Shown piece by piece: positions 52,725 to 64,000 of a DNA stretch of 64,000 bases. Each line of letters begins with the position of its first letter. Position 1 is the first letter of the stretch. The position numbers and the translations under genes are program-made. This stretch comes from Chiloscyllium plagiosum (lineage: Eukaryota), in NCBI RefSeq assembly GCF_004010195.1, contig NC_057716.1, positions 40,403,821 to 40,467,820 of the forward strand, in the 5' to 3' direction. The notes beneath the pieces were generated by a model, which was given only the letters and a program-made list of their open reading frames with translations, ran no database searches and was not told the origin of the DNA.

Positions 52725-52992
52725 CTTCCAAATAAACCTACTGAACTATAACCTGGTGTTGTGTGATTTTTAAACTTTCACGTCATAAGCATCATGACAA
52801 TTCACAAGAATACCAATGTTTGGGAAAAACAACATTTATACCATAAAAGAGGAGAGTGATGATTTGTTGGCAAGTGGACTCTGATTGGTGGAGGTGCTGT
52901 CATGTGGAATGTATCAGTTATTGATGATTGAAAGTTATCGGTCAGGCTTTCTTTAAATTTTAATCATAGGCATGTTGACTCTGATTGGTCAA

Positions 52993-54585
52993 AGTTAAAA
53001 ATCACACAACACCAGGTTATAGTCCAACAGGCTTAATTGGAAGCACTAGCTTTCAGAGTGGTGCTCCTTCAACAGAGGGTTGTGGAGTACACAATTATAA
53101 GACACAGAATTTAGAGAAAAAGCTGACAGTGTGATATAACTGAAATTATACTTTGAAAAATACCTTGATTGTTTGCTAAGTCTCTCAACTGTTAGAATGG
53201 CCATGTTAGTTTCACTTCTTTCATATGTAAATCACAAAACTGTTTTAAATGTTACATTCTCAGGTTAACTTTAACAATTGGTGTCAGCCCAGATAATATG
53301 TTGAAGGTGTTAGCCCCTTGTGTTTCCTATCTGTGCCATAATGTTTAGACTGATTCTAATCTAAAAAGTGACTTTACAGAGTCTTACATGGATTCATGCA
53401 GTTTTTGAGCAAAGTACAATGTAACTCTGCAAGTACAAATTCACCCCACAAACATGTGTGTGCGCGTGTGTGTGTCTGTGAATGGGGTGGGGTGTTGTGA
53501 GTGTCTGTGTGTGACATAAACCCAAGGTCCCGGTTGAGGCCCTCCCTATGGGTACCAAACATAGCTATCAGCCTCTGCTCAGCCAGTTTTTGCTGCTGCC
53601 TGTCCTGAAGTCTGCCTTGGAGGATGGTCACATGTCAGAGTGTGGACATGGATACCACCATTACGTGTGGGAACACCTCCAACCATGTACGTGGCAGGTA
53701 TTCATGCGACTCAGCCAACGTTTCTATCTCATACACTGCAGGCAAAGATGCCGAGACATGGTACATTGGTGAAACCGAATAGAAGTTACCGCAAATGAAT
53801 GGGCACCGCACAACAATCAACAGGCAGGAGTGTTCCCTCACAGTTGGAGAGCACTTTAGCAGCCCAGGAATTCGACCTCGGACCTTCGGGTGACCATCCT
53901 CCAAGGCGGACTTCGGGATTGGCAGCAGCGAAAAGTGGCTGAGCAGAGGCTAATAGCTATGTTCTGTACCCATAGGAAGGATCGCAACCCAGACCTTGGG
54001 TTCATGTCACATTACAGGTGACCACCATTGCTCTATATACACACACACACACACACTTACATCCCTTTAAACAGACACATGCACACACGCACGCATATAC
54101 GTTTGTGGGGTGAATTTGTGCTTGCAGAGTTACATGGTACTTTGCTCAAAAACTGCATGAATCCATGTAAGACTCTGATTCTTAGATAAAAAATGAGTTA
54201 ACAATCTAAACTTTATGGCATAGATAACAGCATACAGGGGGCTAACACCTTCAACACATTATCTGGGCTGACACCAATTGTTAAAGTTAACCTGAGAATG
54301 TAACTTTTAAAACAGTTTTGTGATTTACATATGAAAAAAGTGAAACTAACATGGTCATTCTAACAGATAAGAGACCTAACAATCAAGGTATTTTTCAAAG
54401 TATAATTTCAGTTACATCAAACTAAACTTTTGCTCTTAATTCTGTGTCTTACAATTGTGTACTCCACAACCACCTGGTGAAGGAACAGCGCTCTGAAAGC
54501 TAGTGCTTCCAATTAAACCTGTTGGACATAACTTGGTGTTGTGTGATTTTTAATTTTGTACACCCCAGTCCAACACCTCCAGATC
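52993..54585. mobile_element. Large inverted-structure Penelope-like insertion
   Basis: Arms about 52993-53630 and 53890-54558 are reverse complements; loop carries decayed GIY-YIG (WYIGET, VGEHF); 12-bp TSD CTGATTGGTCAA (52981-52992, 54586-54597). Confidence 0.88.
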
Positions 54586-55949
54586 CTGATTGGTCAAGGC
54601 AGTGTCCTGAGAAATGAACTAGAGAGTGGCTGCTACCTATTTTGGTAAGTTTGAATAACAATACTCAGCAGTAAACAAGTTTCAGGTTGGATAAATTTGA
54701 CTGCAGATAAAGATCTCATATTCTGTTCTATTCCAGATCTTGAACAGATAATATAATTGCACAGGGGTCTAACAAGGTTAATAAATGATTGCATGCTGGA
54801 AGCGCCAATTACTGTGAGGGTGTCTTTGGACTGAGTCAGAGTAAAGAAGAAACCTGTAGGAGACAGACCTAGGGCTATGGTGGTCCTAACAAACTCCATA
54901 GTAATGTATGTCACGTTCGCGCAATCTGGAATTAACTGTAGTGAGGCAATAAACATCCAATTGTTTATTCAACCAGATACTTCCAGTTAAACCTGAAAAG
55001 TTGGATAGCCAGTCTAGGCCACATCAGCATTAAAGGAACCCATGTACAAAACATATGGTAAAATGATTGGCCCCTGCCACAACAAAGCTGTCGATCACAG
55101 CATACTCTTTCTGCCAACTAAGTGAAATTAGAATTTGCACTTTCTATAAAATCCCCAGACAGAAAAGAAAACATGTTTATGACTCAAAAGACAAAGTCAA
55201 CAGATACTAATTGCTGATGACAGAGAATTGCACAACATTCAACACAGAAGAATGATTTAGGAGATGCCACGGAAAGCAGTTCAGACCAAAAAGAAGGCAT
55301 ACAAGAACAGAAAGAACTCTGCAGCAGGCGTACAGTCTACATCACGACACAATGCTCTGTGGAACAGTCCTGAGTCACAGCTGAGTCAATGAGGCAACCA
55401 TACATGAAGAATTGTATGAGTCAAAACTAAAACTTCTTGTACCAAACGGAAAACCTCAAATGCTCAGTAACTTGGGTATCATGAGTGGATACCATGAGAC
55501 ACGGCTGGAAAACATTTCAAAGCCACGAGCAAAAACTGCTACACTCTGGGAGCAAAGAGCTGGGGAAGTAACTAACCAAACTAACTCAAAACAAGCAAGC
55601 ATTGAGCAATGCAACGTAGTATGCAATTCTGACCTTACACAGAAATATTTTCAGGGGTCGATAACTCAACTGTAGTCATGGTGAGGCTCTAAAATGCAGG
55701 AAAACCTCTGTCACACCTGAAAAGCATAGAAAGATGTCTAAGTTGGACAAGAAACTCTACAGTACAGCAGCTAAGCATGGGAGAACTGCTATTACTGCAG
55801 AATAAAAGTCTTTAAAATGAAAAAAATACCTAAGCGCATTAGGAAGTAATGACATCAGAAATAGCTTTCCCAGGAAGATTTCGTTTCAGATGAGCCAAAT
55901 AGAACACAAAATTGGACAATCTGAAGATGATGATTCTTGAAGTACTGAG

Positions 55950-58270
55950 TAGCTTCTAAACAGTGAATGAAGAAAGAAATTAAACATACAAATATTCTTC
56001 TATACACATCTGAGAGAGTAGCAGATGATTTTATTACTCAAAGGGTAGATGAAACATTGGTTGCACTTGTGAAGCTGCTTTGCTCTAGACCGTTGGCAAG
56101 GAGAGCAATATCTGGTATCTGTCCTACCCACCTTGCTAGTCTTTTATGCTTAGTCTATATGACATTGAAGAGGTATTGAAAACCTTTGGCGATTATTTCA
56201 AGGCCAGAACTATAAAAATCTCGAAAGGGCAAGACTCAACAAAACGATGAAATATCCAGATTAATGCATGAATAATTTCATTTATTCCCTTTACAGACAA
56301 ACGGAGAAATGTCATTATGGTGATGTAATGCCAGATTCATAAGGGATTGGATTGCGTAGGCAATTCTGGTGAGCCTTTGGCTTTCTCTAATGGATTTGAC
56401 AATCAGAAGGTGAGCGAAGCAAAGGAAGCTGGAAGCAAAACAGATCAACCCTAAGGAGAAGATAATACCTGGCACAGAAGGTCGACAAAATCTATTCATT
56501 TTGTCACAGACTAGATTGGGTTGGGGTATCTGGTCAGCATGGAAGAGTTGGACTGAAGGGTGTTTCTGTGCTGTCCATCACTATAACTCTTTGATTCTTT
56601 ATACAAAGCATAAAAGACTAACAAGGTGGGTAGTGCAGAGGTTGACATTTTGGGTGTAACTCTTCTACAGGACTGGGGGGGGTGGGGGGAGCTGCAGATA
56701 AAGAGGGAGGCAGGGGCAGGATGAAGTGGGGACACCTCTGTCTCATCGGGAAGAACTGTTTGGATGAGCATGAAAGGGTTGGTGTACCAGCAGCATGCAG
56801 ACAGAGATTTACCTGTCTCTCTTCCAACCTAGTTTACTGCATCAGGTGCTCCCAATGTGGTCTTCTCTACATCTGGGAGACTGAACGTAAACATAGGGAG
56901 CACCGAGCATCTCAGCCAGGTCCACACAGGCCAACCAGACCTCCCAGTCACCACCCATTTTAATTCCCCCAAACACTCCCTTTCCAACATGACCATCCTT
57001 GGTCTCCTCCATTGTCAAAACAAACCACAGCTCCTATTGAAGGAACAACACCTTATCTTCCACCTGGGCACCCTACAGCCCTGAGGACTCAACATTGAGA
57101 TCTCCAATTTCAAATAACCTCCTTCCCCATCCACCAACTTCCTTCCCAGCCCCTCCCCCCTCCTTTCCACATCTCCCTCCACCAACCGGATTCATTCCTT
57201 CCATTGATCAACCAGGTCATACTTGTCTTCACCTGTCCCCACTTCACCACCCTGCCTTCGCCTCCTTCTTTATCTGCAGCTCCCCCCACACCCACCCCCA
57301 GTCCTGAAGAAGGGTTACACCTGAAATGTTGACTTCTGCACCTCCTGATGCTGCCTGGCTTGCTATGTTCTTCTAGCCTCCTGCCCGTCTACTTTGGATT
57401 CCAGCATCTGCAGATTTTTTGTCCTTAACAAGGTGGGTAGGACAGACACCAGACACACTCTGTCCCTGTCAATGGTCTGCAGCAAAGCAGCCTCACAGGT
57501 ACAAGCAATGCCCAGCTTTTAAAACAAAATAATTGTATTGTAAATAGTCATTTGTTAGTACAGAACTTCAGTATTGTTCACAACAGGTGCATTTTGTCAA
57601 GCTTTTTGTCTTGCATTCGTCTGGACATTTCCCAAGAATATAAATTCAAGAGGAAAACAAATATTTATACAGCGCAAGTGGAGAGTACTGATGGGTCAGC
57701 AAGTATACTCTGCTTTTATTATAAGAAACAAGGGCACTTCATGTAAATGCACCAAAACACGACATAACAGAGTGGACTCGATGGGCCGAATGGCCTTACT
57801 TCCACTCCTAAGTCTTATAACCACAGAAAAATGGAAAGACTAAAGAACATATCACACAAACAGATAATTGAGAGAGAACCATCTCCAGTAGAAGATAAAT
57901 CTCAAACATTCCTTGGAGAAATCAGACACCTAGACCAAATATCTCATTATGGAAACATTCACATCAATAGGTATCACATAAATTTCAAGTTAGCTACAGG
58001 AGCAAGTGTTACAGTATTGCCAGGGAGAGCGCTGTAGTTAACAACATACTGCTTACACTGAGCAGCTGTTTGGCAACACAGTCCAGGGCCTTCATACTTA
58101 AACGTTAAAGGTATGTTGTAAGCAACTCTCCAATATCAAATACCTTATGTACTTCACAAACAAGAGTTCTCTCTCCCGGTAAGGCATATATTTTGGCCTC
58201 AAACCCATTCAAGAGGTGGAAGAGGTTAAACAACAAAAGGTCAAGGAAAAGCTGGCATCGAATTTTCCTG
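55950..58270 (+). mobile_element. Decayed Gypsy-like gag-protease remnant, interrupted by CR1 tail and PLE
   Basis: INFKLATGASVTVLP near 57980 resembles retropepsin FKLDTGA; gag-like residues near 56200-56480. Confidence 0.45.
56634..57425 (+). mobile_element. Penelope-like element 3' part with inverted 5' pLTR piece; hammerhead-like motif at 57300-57334
   Basis: FTCLSSNLVYCIRCSQCGLLYI.ET...PVTTHFN..LIFHLGTLQP; 15-bp TSD TAACAAGGTGGGTAG (56619-56633, 57426-57440). Confidence 0.88.
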
Positions 58271-58272
58271 GG

Positions 58273-59930
58273 CTACTCCACCATACTTCCATAAAGTTTC
58301 AGCATAACTTGTCCACCCTCATACTCAATGCCCCTTCCATTGAAGTAAGCATCCCATAGGTCTTTTTTTACTACCTTATCTACCTGAGCTGCCACCTTCA
58401 GTGATCTGCACACCCAGATCCCTCTGCATATCAATATTTCTACGGGTTCTGCCATTCACTGTATTATTTCCACTTGTACTTGACCTTGCAAAATGTGTCA
58501 CTTCACATTGCTTGAGATTGAACTCTACCTGCCATTTTTTGGTCCATGACTCCAACTGATCTACATCCTACTGTATGCTCTGACAATCCTCCTCACTATC
58601 TGCAACTCTACCAATCTTTGTACCATACAAACTTATTAATTGGACCAGCTAAGTTTTCCTTCAAATCATTTAGCCAGACCATGAATAGCACAGGTCCCAG
58701 CACTGATCCCTGTAGAACACCACTAGTCACAACCCTCCATTCCAAAAAGCATCTTTCCACCACATCCCTCTGTCTCCTATGGCTATGCTAGTTCTGTATC
58801 CATATTGCCAGCTCACCCCTGAAAACATGTAACTTCACCTTTTGTACCAGTCTGCATGAAGGACCTTGTCAAAGGCTTTACCGAAGTCTATGTAAACATC
58901 AAACTACTTTTCCCTCACCTTCATTACCACCTCAAAAAACTCAGTCAAGTTCGTGAAGCACGACCTCCCCCACACAAAACCATGCTGTCTATCACTAATA
59001 AATCCATTTGCTTCTAAATGTGTTTAGATCCTGTCCCTGAGAATCTTTTCCAATAATATCTGTATTACTGACTTGAGGCTCACAGGCCAGTAATTTCCTG
59101 GATCATCCCTGCTATCCTTCTTAAACAATGGAATAATATAGGCTTTTTCCAGTCCTCTGGGACCTCACCTGTGGCCAAAGAGGATACAAGATGTCAGTCA
59201 ATGCACCAGCAAATTGTTCTCTTGCCTCCTTCAATATTCTGGGATAGATCCCATCAGGAGCCAGGGACTTATCTACTTCAACACTTTTTAAGAAGCTCAA
59301 GACCTCTTCCTTTTTAATAACAACTTGGCTTAGGAAATGGAGTGTCAAATTTCTGAGATCATTCTCTACCAATTCCTTCTCTTTGGTGAATACTAACACA
59401 AGTTATTCATTTAGGACCTCATCCACCTCTTCTGGTTCCACACATAGATTCCCTCCTTTGTCCTCAAGTAGGCCAGCTCCTTTCCTGGCTACCCTCTTGC
59501 TTTTTATATATGCCTAAAAAGCCTTGGAATTCTGCTTAATTCTGTTTGCTGACTATTCTTCATGACCCCCTTTTGCCCTTCTAATTCCACGTTTAAACTC
59601 TTTCCTACTTTCCTTGTATACTTCAAGGCCTTCATCTGTTCCATCCTCCTATGCCTTATATATACTTCCTTTTTCTTTTTGACCAAGTTCATAACATCCC
59701 TGATCATCCAAGGTTCCCATAACTTGTGTACATATTCTTCATTCTCACAGGAACATGCCACTCCTGAACTCTCATCAACTGCTGCTTGAAGTACTCCCAC
59801 ATGTCCGATGTGGATATCCCCACAAACAGCTGCCTGCAATCAAAATTCTCCAGTTCCTGCCTATTATTGTTGTAGTTCACCACTCCAATTTGACACCTTC
59901 ACCTGAGTACTGCTGTTCTCCCTATCCCTA
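58273..59930 (-). mobile_element. CR1 LINE ORF2 fragment, frameshifted
   Basis: VFTKE...VDKSLAPDGIYPRILKEARE, SLKVAAQVDKVVKK. Confidence 0.88.
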
Positions 59931-60630
59931 TAATACAACAGATAAGTCCAATTCCAGTAGCTGAAACGAAAGGAAAATAAAAGAAGGTCTACAGCTGTTC
60001 AAGTCAGAAGAACCCACAAGGAAAACGACCAGGAGCAGAAGACAGGCTGAAGTTGAGACCTCCACATCAGGTTCTTATCAACCAGACGACAGACAGGTAA
60101 TATCGCATACACACACACATACACAAAGAATAGTTTATCTAGCTACAGTATTCTATTAGTAATATGCTTTTAGGACAATAGCTGGATTATTCAAACAGCA
60201 GTTTGATTCTCAGGGTTGTTACTCGCTTTCACTGGTCAGTAGATAGTACATACTTAATCTAGACACAGGTCAACAGATTGAAATGTTTTCCAACACTATT
60301 AAAACTGAAGAGAGTTTGAATTCCATGTAGCAATAAAATTTGTGTTAACATGGAAGCAAAGAGATCACAACTGAACCATCAACTCCACTAGAAAGGATAT
60401 ATGGTGATGGGCGATGGATACTCCACAACTGTATTCCATCAGATTGTCACACAGCCCAATGAACAGTTATCTACTGCAATGTTAAGTCAGCAACTAATTG
60501 TTGAGGTGTTAGGAAGTGTCAAGTTCAAGCATATCCAAAGAATACACTATTATTGCCAAACATGTTATGTTCAGATCATCTGAATTTATAAAGTTAAACC
60601 CTTAGGAAAATGGGGCAATAGTAATTAGAC

Positions 60631-60962
60631 TCGGTGGTTAGCACTACTGCTTCACAGCACCAGGGACCCAGGTTCAATTCAACGCTCGGGCAAGTGTCTC
60701 TGTGGAGTTTGTACATACTTGGGTTTCCGCTGGATGCTCCAGTTTCCTCTGACAGTCCAAAGATGTGCAGGTAATGTGAATTGGCCATGCTAATTTGCCT
60801 ATAGCGTCAAGGGATGTGCAGACTAGGTGGATTAGCCATTGTAAATACAACGTTACAATGATAGCATAACAGGGATGGGTCTGGAAAGGATGCTGCGTGG
60901 AGGGGCAGTGCAGACTCAATGGGCTACGTGGCCTGTTTCCACACTGTAGGCACTCTAATACT
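60631..60962 (+). mobile_element. HE1-like V-SINE, diverged
   Basis: GTGGTTAGCACT..GGTTCAATTC head, V-domain and CR1-like tail. Confidence 0.85.
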
Positions 60963-61289
60963 CTAGTTGAGAAAAACAAACACTGGTTGGAGGGAAATGT
61001 GTACATGGATCTCAAAGAGTTAAAATTTCTTTGAGTGCAACCAAGCACCTAGTTATCTCCGATACTCTTTCAGATTAACAAAAGGAACAGTCAGCAACAG
61101 ACCCGAGTGTCCTAACAGTAGCAATGTAGGTCATACCCATAACCAGGAAATAGTTACAATAATGCAATAAAAACTTCTAACTGTTTACTCATTATCAATC
61201 TACTAGCTACACCAAAAAAAGGTAGATATCCTGATCAAACTAGGGCACTTTAGACTTGAAGGAATCCATACATACCGAAATACAACCTG

Positions 61290-61560
61290 CCATCACATGT
61301 AGCACAGAGTGTTGTGCTATTTGGCACAACATCCTGCGGGCGAGATGTTAAACTGAGGTTCCTTCTGTCTTGCTGTGGTTCAGATGAATGCTTAAAAAAA
61401 AACCCATGTTACTATTTGAACTGTTCTTTTCTCAAATAATCAGAGCACACATCTACTGGTTGTTTCTCACAATGCCGTTCGTGAAATCTTGCCATGAACA
61501 AAATGGGTGTTTCACTTATTTAATAAGTAACAGGCATAACTACTTTGAAGAGTTTATGTG
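61290..61560 (+). mobile_element. DeuSINE-like remnant
   Basis: GAGATGTTAAACTGAGG...CCCATGTTACTATTTGAA resembles the Deu domain. Confidence 0.4.
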
Positions 61561-62704
61561 CAAGGTGCATGGAGTCATTTCTGTGGCAACAGATTCATGG
61601 GAGTTGGCCTTTTCAGCTATTCCAGAGTTTCATACAACTTTCAGAAAGTGAAAATTATCAATTATTGAATCAATTATTACTTACCCTCGGGTAATGGGAG
61701 ATTGAAATGCTTTTTCTTATTTTATGAACTTTACAATGATAGCTTATTGTCAGAACAGAAAGGATTGCTTTATCCTCTCTATTTTGGCCCACTGGGATAT
61801 TTTGGTTATCCTTATTTATAGGCTGGATATGAATACTATCATTGATTGAACTGACTCTAGTAAATTACTGAAAGAACCCAATTAACATTTTTTGTTATTT
61901 TTCACATTTCAAACTTAATGAGAATTGCTTTTCAAGAATGTGTTTTAACAACTAAAGAAGCAACGATCCAACTACAGAAGTATTGGCCCATGACTCACAA
62001 TGCAAATGAGACAAAAGCCTAAGTCCATTTATTATATGGAAATGTGTGACATCAATGAGAAGACCTGTGTGTTTTACATAAGTGTCACTTGTTCACATTT
62101 GACCACCAGAAAAATTGGCACATGTGTCTACAAACATAACTCAGTAGACAGTCTCCCACATCGAGCACTGCTCCAAGGCTCCAGAGTCCTGTTGTCACTG
62201 CTACTGGAAAGCAAAGCGATTGAAAACAGCTGCCCACTGTAGGCACAAATTCTTGTGAATTCAGGAATTTCCACCCACAACATGCTGATATATTAACCAC
62301 TTTTTCATACAACAGTAGTCACAGTATGATTTTAGAAGCAGCCCTGGAGCAATGCTAAGGAAGAATGTGAGGGGAAAGTGGGTGTGGAGCTGAGAAGCAG
62401 ATAGGCAGTTACAACTATCAACTTGCCAGAGAGAATACCAACATGAAACTGCATGTGGGTCCAGGCGTGATGAATGGAAGCAGAGTACTTGGGTACGGTG
62501 ATTATTTGCACTTTTGCAAACATGATGAGTTTTGATATGTCTCCTTGTTTTCAGTTCAATATCAGACACTCATGTGAAAATAAATAATACTTTGTTTAAA
62601 CGTCAGTTTGTGAAAAGTAGCTTATTTTAGCCAAAAACTAAAAAGGGGGGGGTTGAAAATAAACCACTCTGTCTGTGGACGGAAAGTGAGGAAAATAAAA
62701 TGAG

Positions 62705-62815
62705 TTCAGACTCAAAATGTTAACTTGGTTTCTTTCTCCACAGATGCTGCCAGATCAGATGAGTTTCTCCTGCATTCTGGTGTTTGTTTCAATTTACAAG
62801 ATCTGCAGTCCTTTT
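62705..62815 (+). mobile_element. PLE pLTR tail fragment
   Basis: Reverse-complement similarity to 24875-24990 (CAGATGCTGCCAGA...TGAGTTTCTCC). Confidence 0.55.
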
Positions 62816-64000
62816 TTTTAAAAAAAAAGGGCTCTGTCTTTCCCTCTCCTAAACATTCATGGATCATACGGAAGCACACTATACTAAATATGAATGAATA
62901 GACAGCTCGAATTCAAAGTGAAGTATACAAAGAATGAAGTCTAAAAATCCATCAAAATACTCAATGTCTGATATATCCATTTTTAAAAGCTAATATCTTC
63001 AGTCTTGCATCCCACCCTATTTCATATAGTACCAAACTAAACTGGAGAAAGCTTTATTGTCACAATTACTAATATTTCAATAATAAAATCACATCAGATA
63101 TAATGATAACCTGCCTACAGTTCAGATGGTAAACTGGATATTTTCACATTGAGGTTATTTTCAGAATTCCTAGCGACTTATATATTTGAATACAGTTTAT
63201 TTCTGGTTTTGTCTGGAAGTAAACATGGAAATCTCCATTGCTCAGAAAGACATGTAACAAAAACACAGCTAGGAAATTTTTAAAAAATTGCTAAATGTGA
63301 TTATTAAAACAGAGAATAGTTTCTCATACCGAACCATATTTCTCATTCTTCTGAAAGTTTACCCCAAATACAGAAATAGACATGAATATAATAGAGACTG
63401 ATTCTCATGTTAATGCAGCTGCAGCATAGATGTCCAAAGTGTGACAGCATTACATCATCAGAGAACTATCAATTCATATCACTTTAACAAATAACCATTT
63501 ATATAGCTAAAATATATTGCTCCTTTTAATGATTTCTGCAGACCCCCAAATCTTTACAAACTTCATGTTCCATCTCAAAACAGCAAGTCTAATGAGGTCT
63601 ACATATTTTAAAAAAAATATCTTTTAGCTTCAACATGTGTCAAATAACAAATATGCCTTGGCTGTTTTTAAGTCTTCGCAGTCAGAAATAGTCTAATGCC
63701 CTTTTGATAAGGAAGTTCTCCCTCCATTTCTACTCTGGCAAACATGTGACATGAATGATGAATGATGAACCAAGCCATTCAGTGGTATTAAACCATTGGG
63801 TAGTCTTTAAAAAAAAGGAATGAAATCAGATGGATCAGCTGGCATTCTGGAAGAACTGGAAACAATGGTGACAAATTAGCTATCAACCCTGCAAAATGAA
63901 GCTCTTTCTTATCAGCATCTGGGAAATTGTGCAGATACATTCTCGATCAGTAGGGTAGACAATGGTTATGGAAAAAGAGCAGGAATGTTGGTTCAGCCAT

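Larger units (their letters stand above)
50928..52775. mobile_element. Large inverted-structure Penelope-like insertion (with nested HE1)
   Basis: Left arm (about 50960-51660) is the reverse complement of right arm (about 52100-52775); 13-bp flanks TTTCACRTCATAA (50915-50927, 52776-52788). Confidence 0.82.

Noticed and set aside
60380-61270. Continuation of Gypsy pol/integrase
   Set aside because: Only faint resemblance; no motif could be read with confidence
1-64000. CRISPR arrays, operons or prokaryotic defence systems
   Set aside because: The sequence is vertebrate intron/exon DNA with no regularly spaced repeat-spacer array

Overview
AT-rich, repeat-dense vertebrate genomic DNA, most likely a shark: it carries HE1-type V-SINEs plus CR1, L2 and Penelope-like elements. 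One protein-coding gene spans the window on the minus strand, an ITPRID2/SSFA2 (KRAP)-like IP3-receptor-interacting gene. I reconstructed 11 phase-consistent coding exons by hand, from the ATG at 50645 to an exon running off the left edge; the 3' end and the transcription start are not resolved. Nearly all ORFs in the supplied track are spurious or transposon-derived. The most notable non-genic signal is a dense set of Penelope-like insertions of at least three types. Many have fold-back (inverted pLTR) structure, visible target-site duplications and minimal hammerhead-ribozyme motifs, and some motifs are sense to the host pre-mRNA. Also noted: nested TE stacks, a local duplication with a 19-bp micro-inversion, candidate alternative first exons and uncertain paralogue identity. 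All family assignments come from remembered motifs, not database searches, and repeat boundaries are approximate.
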